From: Eledone cirrhosa
Taxonomy: Eukaryota
DNA: 64,000 nucleotides
Assembly (NCBI GenBank): GCA_964016885.1
Contig: OZ024741.1
Location: forward strand, 20,088,001 to 20,152,000
Direction of reading: 5' to 3'
Both the position numbers and the translations under genes were made by a program. How positions within the stretch are numbered: the stretch's first letter is position 1; every line of letters begins with the position of its first letter. The notes under the pieces are model-generated. The model worked only from the letters and a program-made list of their open reading frames with translations. It did no database searches and was not told the origin of the DNA. Below are positions 33,841 through 45,251 of the stretch, in pieces.

Positions 33841-33967
33841 ACGTCCCATTGTGGTCTGAGTTCAAATCCCGTCAAGGTTAACTTTGCCTTTCATCCTTAC
33901 GGGGTCGATAAAATAAAGTACCAGTAATGTACTGATAATTACTGGCTTGGTGCCAAAAGTAGAAACA
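33841..33967 (+). mobile_element. 5'-truncated SINE, copy 2, with 15-bp TSD
   Basis: Same core as copy 1; ATTATTTGGTTTCTT at 33826-33840 and 33968-33982. Confidence 0.85.
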
Positions 33968-34410
33968 ATTATTTGGTTTCTTGTTTAACATTGAAGTTTT
34001 ATGTCTATTCTTGAAAGAAGTTCCATACACAAATTAATCTCTGTTTGGAAAGTTTCATTAGGGTTATATTTTAACTGTTTAAACAGTTAAAATATACCCC
34101 TAACGAAACTTTCTCGGTTAATAATACACTTATTATCATTGTCAGTGATGTTGGTGATTAACGTGACTGCAAGATATAGTAGCCGAGGTATCATCCTTTT
34201 GCGACACGTGGTGCCTAATTTGTCACCGGAATGGTTGTTTCAAGAGACTGTTTGTGTATTATTGTTGTTTGTTGTTGATGGTTGGACTGACTACGAGAAA
34301 ACGTACAAACATGGCGGTCTGTTGTGACGTGTGTTGACTGCATCTCTGCTCTAGGAGATTGATCATTTAATGTTGTTATTTGTAAGGGTTTCACACTTTC
34401 ATTATTTTGA

Positions 34411-34586
34411 CGCCATGCTTTGAAAGGGTCTGGCGCCATGCTTTGCAGCAAAGAGTTATGGCCCTTTATGATCTGAGTTCAAATCCCGCCGAGGTTAACT
34501 TTGCCTTTCATCCTTACGGGGTCGATAAAATACAGTACCAGTAATACACTGATTTAATTTCTGGCTTTGTGCCAAAGGTAGAAACA
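34411..34586 (+). mobile_element. 5'-truncated SINE, copy 3, with 10-bp TSD
   Basis: Same core; ATTATTTTGA at 34401-34410 and 34587-34596. Confidence 0.85.
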
Positions 34587-35064
34587 ATTATTTTGAATAA
34601 TGTTTATATTATTTTTACGGTTGACAACCGTTGCTTGTTTGTGTAATTGTTTAGCTGTGAAATATTTTAGCTTTTGGTGAAGTTCGTCCCAGTAGCTTCA
34701 TTCTGTGTATAAAGTCTATCGCCATTTTATAACAACTGATTAGGTCATAGCTACAGGAAAATACGATTTATAGTTTCAGCTCCTTCTGTAAATACAACTA
34801 AAAATATACTTTTTACTTTTCTTAATGTTATATTTTGATTCAGTGTTGTTGATGTCGTGTTCAGTTGTTTATGGCAAATTTTATAAAGTAGATTCAATAT
34901 TCAGACGGATATTTCTACGATTTTGAATAAAGCTGACTTTAGTGAATGTCATCGGAAGAATGTCCATTACTGTTGGAGATAGCATTCATCTTAAATTTAA
35001 TCAATAGTCCACCATGTCGTATGTGCGACTACTCGCAGGGTATGTATGTATGTATGTATGTATG

Positions 35065-35520
35065 TTTTTCTGGTTTTATAATTTCACAAAGTTTTACCAA
35101 TAGAGAGAGAGTCGGTTTCTAACATAGACACAAGACTCTCTCATTGGAATTTACACAACATCAACTAGGTAGACATGTATGTATGCATGCATGTGTAGAT
35201 ATGGATGTTATTGTATGTGTGGATGTGGATGTTTTGAGTTGTATGTGTGCATGTGTATATGCTTTGTATCTGTACATGTGTATATGCAGTTATTAGATGC
35301 AAATTTTTTAGAATGTTTTACATATTTTTACTGTTCCATTAATGGATTGTACTTGTAATTTCCTAACTAGTTGTGTTCTTTCTGTTCTTGTGAAGCCTAG
35401 CCTCTAAAGATTTGTATTGAGGCAGTTACTAACATATCCCAATGCCCCAATAATCACAGGCATAAATCTGAAGGTGTAATGAGGCTGGAGTATTTGCAGA
35501 TTTCTCATCAGTTCTGCATA
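35065..35520 (-). mobile_element. 5'-truncated R4/Dong-type LINE 3' end
   Basis: Near-identical to 44706-45160 and similar to 30680-31245; flanked by (TATG)n on both sides. Confidence 0.85.
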
Positions 35521-35606
35521 ATGTATGTATGTATGTATGTATGTATATATGTATGTATGTATTTATGTATGTATATATATATGTATATATATATATGTAT
35601 CTATAT

Positions 35607-36260
35607 ACCCTGATGGTTTCCAATGATGTTGACTTGTTTTTCTCTTTGGTAAATATCATCTTGGTTAAGAGAGTGGGACTGGCTTTGTGCAGTGCCTTTG
35701 CTCACTATAAAAGCTTCACGGCACAGGTATTGCTTTATATCTGGAGGTCTCCCTGTCAGGTCAGGTCACCAGTTGGTGCTACTGGTAACATGTATCCCAG
35801 TACAACCTGTCGGGTCGTTGGCGACTAAACTGGCAACCCCACCAAGGTTTCTTGGTGAGGAGGGTGACTTTGGACATCCTGCAGAACTAAAAACAAAACC
35901 TGTCAAAGGGCAAAGGAGCTCTTAAGTGTCAATGGCCATCCAAAATCACCGGGAGAGATGACCCCTTAGCCTTTGTCAAGGCAGAATTCTAGGAGAAGGA
36001 AAACTCTGATATAACACCTGCAACCCTGATGGTATCCAATGATGTTGACTTGTTCTTCTTTTTGGTAAATATCATCTTGGTTAAGAGAGTGGGACTGGCT
36101 TTGTGCAGTGCCTTTGCTCACTATAAAAGCTTCACGGCACAGGCATTGCTTTATATCTGGAGATCTCTCTGCACTTGTGATCAGATGGTACCATGGGCCC
36201 AGCACTATGTATCAGCTGGCTGGACTAAAAAGTCACACTCGTTCAGCGCATCAGTAGGGG
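35607..36260 (+). mobile_element. Dispersed repeat, probably an RTE-type LINE 5' UTR, with a 140-bp internal direct repeat
   Basis: 35607-35746 is repeated at 36023-36162; 35757-35942 matches 60711-60902; motif CTAGGAGAAGGAAAACTCTGAT recalls RTE-clade 5' UTRs (from memory). Confidence 0.5.
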
Positions 36261-36384
36261 TTCTCCTATATGGATATAAAGTAGTGGCCGTACTCGAAAA
36301 CGAGTTGGCAGCCACCATATATGTATGTATCTTTGTATGTGTATAAATATATATATGTAAATCTATATAAGTTTATATAGATGT

Positions 36385-36466
36385 ACTTTGATAGGCTAAA
36401 ATCACCATTGCTATATGTATGTATGTACATATGTGTCCATGTATGTATGTATATATGTATGTATAC

Positions 36467-36559
<93 letters not shown>

Positions 36560-36680
36560 TTGTGTGTGTCTGTGTGTGTGCGTGTGTGTACATATATATA
36601 TGCATATATACATACATATATATTTATATACATATACATATAAATACAAATACACATGCACACACATTCCCAGATTATAC
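36385..36680 (+). repeat. Dispersed microsatellite-containing repeat, copy 1
   Basis: Anchors AAAATCACCATTGCTATATGTAT and CATATAAATACAAATACACATGCACACACATTC are shared with 55111-55357. Confidence 0.75.
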
Positions 36681-36837
36681 ACGTATATATATGTGTGTGT
36701 GCGTGCTTGTGTGTATGTGTGTGAGTGTACAATTTAGATATATTCGACTAATAGATTCCATTTGAACTTTCGAAAAATTTAATTATAGGCGATGTCATTC
36801 AATCAAGTTGGTATTTTCTTCTAATCTTGCACTTTAA

Positions 36838-36848
36838 TATATACACAC

Positions 36849-36930
<82 letters not shown>

Positions 36931-36949
36931 GTGTGTGTGTGTGTGTATG

Positions 36950-37008
<59 letters not shown>

Positions 37009-37027
37009 GTGTGTGTGTGTGTGTATG

Positions 37028-37060
<33 letters not shown>

Positions 37061-37062
37061 GT

Positions 37063-37138
<76 letters not shown>

Positions 37139-37241
37139 ATATATATACATACATATATATGTATGTATGTATATATATATTTATATATATATAAAAGTAT
37201 ATATACATATATATATTTATACATATATATATATATGTGTG

Positions 37242-37287
<46 letters not shown>

Positions 37288-37290
37288 TAT

Positions 37291-37322
<32 letters not shown>
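36838..37322. repeat. Long compound (TA)n/(TG)n/(CA)n microsatellite
   Basis: Directly visible. Confidence 0.95.
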
Positions 37323-37323
<1 letters not shown>

Positions 37324-37908
37324 ATATTGGATGAAGTTTGTTGATGTGTTCTCCATAAAAAACGATACGATTGCCAATACAAATTTTAAAGCAACTTCAT
37401 AATAAGCAGTCTCGTTACAAGGGATTTAATGTTGCTATTGATTTTGGTTTTGGTGTAGTATTTAATAAGAAAATGGCTACCTTCGTTATTGGTACGTTGA
37501 TAGTGAAAGTAGTTTTATCATGACTATGACATTGGTTAATGTCAGTACTTTAGTTTATCGTTTTCTTAATAAAAAGTTTTTTTGTTAGAAACTGAAGGTG
37601 ATTTAGTTCAAAAAAGAATTAAATTCTTTTTCGTGGGCGAAAAGTTAAAGTTTTATGATGTATATTTTTTTTCATAGAAATATCACACAAATGTAATCTT
37701 TTATTCATGTCCTGGTATACGGCTCTGATCTCTTTAATTAACAATTCAATTCATTATTAGGAAAGTTATAATCCCGTGACTAACATTTTTGCCAAAAATT
37801 TATTCTGTCTCATGTATTTAGTGTTGTTTGTTCTAACTATATTTCTATTAACATTCGATAATCTTGGCCCTTACTGTAGTTACCTCCGATTGAAACCGAG
37901 ACACGTAC

Positions 37909-37976
<68 letters not shown>

Positions 37977-38017
37977 AGAAAACGAAGATTCAGTGATGCA
38001 TCAGAACACAATTTATT

Positions 38018-38110
38018 ACATATTACAATTGTTTCTCCGGCGAACAGCTCGAGGTGCGATCTATTTGTGGATCGAACCTGACTCTGGATTCGCAAGTTCC
38101 TCAGATACGT
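38018..38110 (-). ncRNA. Putative type I hammerhead ribozyme with extended stem II
   Basis: Minus strand: stem I ACGUAU/AUAUGU, core CUGAGGA, about 60-nt hairpin (CUUGCGAA/UUCGCCGG, AGGU/ACCU, CGAUC/GAUCG), GAAA, palindromic stem III ACAAUUGU, cleavage triplet GUA. Confidence 0.7.
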
Positions 38111-38221
38111 CTAGTGATTTCGAAGCAAATCCTCTTTCTGTTGGAGCATAGAGTGTTCAACTGGCATAGCGCCTATGGACGCATCCAAGCAACCGTACTA
38201 CAAATATATATATATATATAT

Positions 38222-39259
38222 TGGCAGGAAAACATCGAGAAACTTAAAGAATTTCACACCCTTTTAAATGGGCTCAACACGAACATTAACTTCACGATGG
38301 AATACAGCCATCAACAACTCCCCTTCCTCGACATCCTCATTAAGATCCATAACAAAAAAATAGAAACAGACATATACTACAAGCCCACAGACTCCAAGCA
38401 ATATCTTCCTTTCAACTCTTGCCACCCTAGACACGTTAAAATTAATATTCCCTACAACTTAGCCAAGAGAATCTGTACTATAGTCTCCAATAAAAACACC
38501 TGCTACTTACGGCTACAAGAACTAAAGGACACACTCATAGGCAGGGACTATTCTGCATCACTAATTGACAATGGAATCCAACGTGCCCTAAAACTCAGTA
38601 CCCAGGACCTTAGACACCCTAAAGTAAATCAACCGAAACTAAAAGCTCTTCCATACATCTCCACACACAACCCCCTCAACAATGAGGCCTTTGACACCAT
38701 CCTCCAGAACATCCCTGTGTTGAAAAAGGACCATAGAATGAACCAAATCCTACGCACACACGATATCATAAAGAGCAAAAGACAATCTAAGTCAATGAAA
38801 AACATCCTAACACATGCCAAAGTACTGCCAACCACAACAACGAAACCCACAGTAAAAAAATGCGATAGACCTAACTGTGGCATTTGCATTAACTTAATAG
38901 AGGGTTGGGAATTCTATTTCAAAGAAGGACAACGTTTTATAGTAAAACACAATTTCACATGCGTATCAGAAAATCTAATATATGTATTAACTTGCTCAGG
39001 TTGTCGAGAACAATACATAGGCCAGACCAAAACCAGCCTCCGCCAACGCATGACTGTCCATAGATCCCAAATTAAAATACGGGAATACAGGAAAATACCA
39101 CTGAGTGAACACATTGATACCTGTGCCGCCCAAAATCATCCCAACTTCAGAATCTTTCCCCTCTACAAATTTAAAGATAATGCCACCCACACCCAGCGCA
39201 TCAGCAAGGAATCTTACTTTATTAACAAATACGGACCCCGTCTAAACACTTCTCCTTAA
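38222..39259 (+). CDS. 5'-truncated Penelope-like retroelement ORF: RT C-terminal part plus C-terminal GIY-YIG endonuclease (Neptune-like), 345 uninterrupted codons
   Basis: LNGLNTNINFTMEYSHQQLPFLDI, DIYYKPTDSKQYLPFNSCHP, Cys-rich linker CDRPNCGIC, NLIYVLTCSGCREQYIGQTKTSLRQRMTVH; begins right after a (TA)n run, so the upstream part of the called ORF (38054-38221) is not PLE. Confidence 0.9.
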   Translation, partial: WQENIEKLKEFHTLLNGLNTNINFTMEYSHQQLPFLDILIKIHNKKIETDIYYKPTDSKQYLPFNSCHPRHVKINIPYNLAKRICTIVSNKNTCYLRLQELKDTLIGRDYSASLIDNGIQRALKLSTQDLRHPKVNQPKLKALPYISTHNPLNNEAFDTILQNIPVLKKDHRMNQILRTHDIIKSKRQSKSMKNILTHAKVLPTTTTKPTVKKCDRPNCGICINLIEGWEFYFKEGQRFIVKHNFTCVSENLIYVLTCSGCREQYIGQTKTSLRQRMTVHRSQIKIREYRKIPLSEHIDTCAAQNHPNFRIFPLYKFKDNATHTQRISKESYFINKYGPRLNTSP

Positions 39260-39784
39260 GACGAACCCACAACATACACACGCCAACATACATACCTACA
39301 TCAGCATACATTTCTACCCACATATAAACACAATGACATACGTAAACACATATGTTCTATGGTACAACACAAATATACACAAATTTGCATACCTTTTGAT
39401 GTCTATAGATATAAACGTGCCGACACACACACATACATAAACGCACACATGCATTGCACACTGATGGGCACATACATATTTGTGCACAGGTATTCCAATA
39501 CGGCAAGGCCTAATGGATCCCCCTTGGAGTACGTACAATCTGAACACACTCACACACACCTTGGTATTATGCCAATACTATATATCATTTCACACCTTTT
39601 ATTATTAAGGTTTTTGATGTTCTATTGAGAGAATCGATTTTACTGAAAATATCGAATAATGTACACCATTTTAACAGAAATAAATACTGATCCACCCACA
39701 CGCACACACACACATTCTCACACACACACATACACACGCATATATACACACACACATACACACGCGTACATTAACATACAAAGA

Positions 39785-39823
<39 letters not shown>

Positions 39824-40454
39824 ACACACACTTCTCCGTATAAGACAAGAACTGAAAAAATATCTGTTAACATGTTAAAATATCCCCCACACATGTACAG
39901 ACACATTCCTACTGACCATCCCTCTACCACGAATTACGCTGCTACACACACACACACACACACACTTGTCTTAATAGGCATTTGAACTGTCAACAGGCTG
40001 CGGTTCGCACACACATCCCTGCTGACCATTATCACAACAACGAACCTCTTTACTACTACTACACACACACATATTTGTCAGACGTATTTCTCAGTCAGCC
40101 GACACAAACCTACATTTGGCGCAAAATCAATTTTTTACATTCACATGACCTCTACCGACCAATCAAAATTGTTTTGACCACAAGAATTTTTGCAACACGA
40201 ATTGGCGCAAAACTTATTTTAATACCGCTGGAGCCACTTTTTTAACATAAAAACAGGTAGAATTCCCAAAACTAATCAGATTAGAGCAAACATCACGGAC
40301 GCTCTATCTCAAAATTATTTTTGAAAAGCATTAGAAATGCGCAACCGGTAAAACTTAGAACCAAAACTTAATACTAACCAATACTATTACTAATTATCAC
40401 TTATTCCTAATTAAACTATTTTTCACTGTGAACAAGCATTTTCTATTCCGTTTA

Positions 40455-40458
<4 letters not shown>
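39260..40458 (+). mobile_element. Probable 3' UTR / pseudo-LTR region of the PLE, CA-rich, ending at (TA)n
   Basis: Directly follows the PLE stop, has the same A/C strand bias, contains a degenerate hammerhead-like motif at 40318-40353 and ends at a (TA)n run. Confidence 0.5.
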
Positions 40459-40505
<47 letters not shown>

Positions 40506-41000
40506 TATATATATATATATAAATATATAATTAAAGTTTTCGCTATGACATAGCTGTATAAGTATATATATTTGGTATATTTAATGATATACGGTATGTT
40601 TATGAATAAACTTTTGAAAGCCTTTCAGCTATGAATTTTGGAAGTTGATGTCTAACGCCATCTAGCCAATTCCAGTAGAAACTAGAGAGCGTAACCCCCG
40701 ACGATTTTTTCTGGGTGATGGCAGTACACCTCCCTACCCTGCTCTCTGTTGGAATTTAATATCGGCGAAAGTATATTGTACGACGCAATCATCCAAGTGT
40801 CCTGCTGCGTAGTTGCTTTCTAAAATACCGAGATCAACGATGAGATTTTAAGTTGTAAAAAATATGACAATGGTTTTTCCTTGTGGTCAGGAAACTTAGA
40901 ATATAAATGGTACTTTAAGCGTGAAAGCTTCTTGGCATCGTTGCTTAAAGTTTGGTTGCACATAAGACACAGAAGTAATCGACTGCTCTAAGAAGAAAGA

Positions 41001-41098
41001 TAAACTCATGGAATAGTTGGAATAGTTGTGTGCTAAATAAACTCATGGAATAGTTGGAATAGTTGTGTGCTAAATAAACTCATGGAATAGTTGTGTGC
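41001..41098. repeat. Short tandem repeat, 37-bp unit TAAACTCATGGAATAGTTGGAATAGTTGTGTGCTAAA, about 2.7 copies
   Basis: Directly visible. Confidence 0.85.
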
Positions 41099-43215
41099 TT
41101 CTTAAATGAGATTATTTAATTCATATGTATTTTCATGTCCTGAATCCAAATATCACATTGATAAAAGCTTATTAGTTATAAACTTAAACATACACGACAT
41201 GTACTAGTTGATTATCTGATTATAACGTACAATATGTGTCATTATGTTTTAAGCTCTAACCATAATAGTTATACGTGTATAGCGCTTCTGTGGTACAAAG
41301 GTCACCCCAGCACAAATGTGGCAGAAGTTGTCTGATTATTCACACAAGTGCGAGGCATCTGTAAGAAGAAAACAACAAACAATTAGAAGATAAACAGAAA
41401 ATTCATTCATAAATTCATCATTATAATGCAGAACAGGACAACGTAGCAGAACTACTTATATCATTCAGTCGGAAAATAAAATCAATATAAAATGCCTCTC
41501 ATGCATATCATTAGCTTGTTCAATGAATATTTATTATAAGTTTTAAAAGTGTTTGACTAGGAAAATCCCTTACTTTTCACCTCAATATATCAACTTGTAC
41601 GGCACAACCACCTCCTATGACTGCTGGAACAATACTGAAAGACAGTGAGACTGTGAGTGTGGTAAGAAACACACTCTGTTGGAACCTGCTGTGACATGTA
41701 CGTGTATGTTGAAAAGTAGAGCTAACAAACAGTTTTAACTGTGATATTCATTACAGCGACCTAGAATTAGTTGGAAATTGCTACTCTGGTCTCAGAAACA
41801 TTTTGGTCGTCGACCAGTGTAATCAATGTTGTATTAACGGCATTTTTTCTTAAATTGAGCCATTGGGATGTTGTACAATACACTAAGAGAAAAGTAGGGA
41901 CAATAGATAACATTTTCTTTCAGATAATATTGTTAATCAGAGTCCGTTTTCAATAATCCACAAATACGAGAACACAAGAGCGTTATAATCATTTGGCGAT
42001 GAATACAATCCGACAACTTAAAATGGCTATCTGTTTATATGAGCATGCACATTGAGCTGTGAACAGATCCCAACTTGGGATTCCCATATTTGTCTGACAT
42101 TGCCGTCTGTGTCTACGGCATGTCGTCAGAGTTCTTAAAGACCATGACTTGTGTCAAATTTATGTGTGAACTCTCGGTGCTGGGGGCATTGATGAATTTA
42201 TCCTGTGGTCACTTCTTAATTTTACTGGCAAATTTGTTCTTGGTCTTCCCTTATCTGATTTGTATTTTGATAAATGTTATTTCGTCCGAAGAACTATTTG
42301 AATGACCCTTTTCAAAACTATAGAAAATACCAAAATGTTCAATGAGGGGTTGTTTGTATGTTATCAATGAATGTGGCCCAATTATTCCCGTTAAGGTTCT
42401 TGTTTGTTTAATACAAGTTCTTTGCATATCTCCTTTGAATATTTTTGATGGGTAGCATATGTTAAAATACCTTCTTAATAGCCAAACTGCTATATCCCCA
42501 CCAAAATTTCCAATCGTCCACCATTTTCTGTTAAGCTGCTCATCAACCACCCAACAAACCGCCCACCGTTGGGAAATATCACCTTTGTTTGGAAAACCCT
42601 GATCTAAAGGAATATATTACATATGATTTTCAATAACTTTTGAAAATATCTAAGCATTTGAAAGGATTTAGTAATATAACTAACGTTCTCGTTATTAAGC
42701 TGGTGTTTTGGGACATAACTTAACAAACGTTCTTGCATAGAGTTATGAAGGAAGGTGTTTAGCTTAATATAAACACTTTAAAATAAAATAGCTTTGTATT
42801 ATCGAACCAGGAGCCTTCTAAGTGGTTTTGTAGCAAAAGGGTTAATGCATGTAAAAAAGAAAATAGCAATACCTGTCACGTTTTCGGGTCCTTCCAGACA
42901 AGTATGATTTACGTGGCTCATAGTTATCTAAAATTCTGTTTGTTGAGGCCTTTAGGGAGAATTGTGGTTTAGTGTGTCCGTGGATTCCAAGATCACTAAA
43001 AATATAGCAACCTGTCTTCGTAAACATTCATATATCAATACTTCACAATAAACGGAATGGTACAGCTGATGTGGAGTGCTTTTGGTCTACTTACACTGAA
43101 TTAATTGATTATTGTGATGCATGCGCCATTCTTCTAATTAATTAATCATTTAAATAAAGACAATATATATAAATACGTATGTCTATATGTATGTATTTAT
43201 ATATATGTATGTATA

Positions 43216-43246
<31 letters not shown>

Positions 43247-44154
43247 GAGACGTCCGTCTGGGAAGAGATATATTCGATATGTCTCATATGAAATAACAGC
43301 CAATTTTCCACGCAATACTTTTAGTTAGCACCCCGAACGCTTAATTAGGAATATAATCATTTATTTCCTAATGTTTGTTGAGTGAGTTGGAATTTGGCCG
43401 GAGTATCGCTAAAAAGCTTTCTCCGATATTGTATTTATTTATTTACTCTTGGTCCAACAGATTTGAAATTTCCCGGTATGAGGTTAGCCTTTCTTTGTTT
43501 ATTTTTTTATATATGATATAAGGAACAATCAATATATGAATATTGATTGTTCCTTATATCTCATTCTGTTATTTTGCCCGAGAAAATATCTGTGTGTCAT
43601 CAAACGTTGTACACAGATATTTTTTCAATTTCCAATTGAGTTCTAGCACGTGGCCTGAATTCCTTTTAGAGTTCATTGTCATGCGCATGTATTGTTTTTT
43701 TTTTTTGGCGGTAATTTACTTCCTCATTTTTGAATCAGTTTGAGCATTTCTTTAGAACTGCTGGACTGGCAACCTGACAGATACCTCAGGCACTGATGAT
43801 GATTATCGCTAAATGCTGATGTTGATTAGACTATCAATATTAGTATTATTGGGGCAGCCACTGATGAATTATAGGAGCCCACTTGAATATATATCTATTG
43901 ATGATATACAAGCTCCTACATAAATTGGTATAATTTCACCCAAATTGTAGGAATCCTATAATGAAACGAGACGTCCGTCTGGGAAGAGATATATTCGATA
44001 TGTCTCATATGAAATAATACAGCCAATTTTCCACGCAATACTTTTAGTTAGCACCCCGAACGCTTAATTAGGAATATAATCATTTATTACCTAATGTTTG
44101 TTGAGTGAGTTGGAATTTGGCCGGAGTATCGCTAAAAAGCTTTCTCCGATATTG

Positions 44155-44161
<7 letters not shown>
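43247..44161 (+). mobile_element. Non-coding element with 190-bp direct terminal repeats and a hammerhead ribozyme (retrozyme or PLE pseudo-LTR-like), inserted in (TA)n
   Basis: 43247-43438 is nearly identical to 43968-44161 (offset 721 bp); (TA)n on both sides; hammerhead at the repeat junction. Confidence 0.75.
43858..43982 (+). ncRNA. Putative type I hammerhead ribozyme with large branched stem II
   Basis: Stem I CCA/UGG, CUGAUGA (43861-67), perfect 9-bp stem II AUUAUAGGA/UCCUAUAAU enclosing two hairpins, GAAA (43963-66), near-palindromic stem III ACG(A)GACGUCCGU, triplet GUC (cut after 43979). Confidence 0.72.
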
Positions 44162-44215
<54 letters not shown>

Positions 44216-44443
44216 GTTAGAATATGTGTAATAAGGCCAAGACAATGCAGGTATGGACATAGAAAAAAGAATGCAATAGTGAAAGATATTGATGTGAATT
44301 CGTCTTTCACCTTGAATTTATTTAAATGTCCTTAATTTTCGAGATAATATCTCTTCTTCGGAGGGAAGTAAAGGTCTCAAACCAGCGTCTTTAAATCTCT
44401 AATGAAGCCATTACACAATGCTTCAAGTGAACTATAACCTCCT

Positions 44444-44489
<46 letters not shown>

Positions 44490-44705
44490 TATATATATAT
44501 GAAAATGAGCGGAACAAGTAACCATCAAACAATCTTTTAAATAAATTAAAAAACGATTTAAATATTCACCTGTTCTATTGCCGTTACCCACGGTTTCACT
44601 AATCAAAAGATTGGAAATTCAGAGAATTTCCAATGGAAAGAATTAGATAGATATATATATGAATGTATGTGTATGTATGTATGTGTATATATGTATGTAT
44701 GTATG

Positions 44706-45251
44706 TTCTTCTGGTTTTATAATTTCACAAAGTTTTACCAATAGAGAGAGAGTCGGTTTCTAACATAGACACAAGACTCTCTCATTGGAATTTACACATC
44801 AACTAGGTAGATATGTATGTATGCATGCATGTGTAGATATGGATGTTATTGTATGTGTGGGTGTGTATGTTTTGAGTTGTATGTGTGCATGTGTATATGC
44901 TTTGTATCTGTACATGTGTATATGCAGTTATTAGATGCAAAATTTTTAGAATGTTTTACATATTTTTACTGGTCCATTAATGGATTGTACTTGTAGTTTC
45001 CTAACTAGTTGTGTTCTTTCTGTTCCTGTGAAGCCTAGCTTCTCAAGATTTGTATTGAGGCAGTTACTAACATATCCCAGTGCCCCAATAATCACAGGCA
45101 TAAATCTGAAGGTGTAATCAGGGTGGAGTATCTGCAGATTTCTCATCAGTTCTGCATAAATATTCTCATTTTCACTAATCTTTTATATTATATTGGCATC
45201 TGCTGGGCAGCTAATTTCCACTACTGTGCATGTTTTCTTCTCCCTGTCCCA
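44706..45251 (-). mobile_element. 5'-truncated R4/Dong-type LINE 3' end
   Basis: WDREKKTCTVVEISCPADANI..ELMRNLQILHPDYTFRFMPVIIGALGYVSNCL; 3' UTR shared with the 35065 copy; (TATG)n at the 3' flank. Confidence 0.88.

Noticed and set aside
37330-37860. Possible ancient PLE RT remnant on the minus strand
   Set aside because: Only vague motif resemblance with many stops; not supportable without a profile search
38054-38221. N-terminal 56 aa of the 401-aa ORF as part of the PLE protein
   Set aside because: It has a GTG start, reads through an antisense hammerhead module and a (TA)n run, and is a chance in-frame fusion
45138-45149. Minus-strand CUGAUGA-GAAA as a hammerhead (also near 35500)
   Set aside because: No stem II or III; it is LINE coding sequence (ELMRNL)
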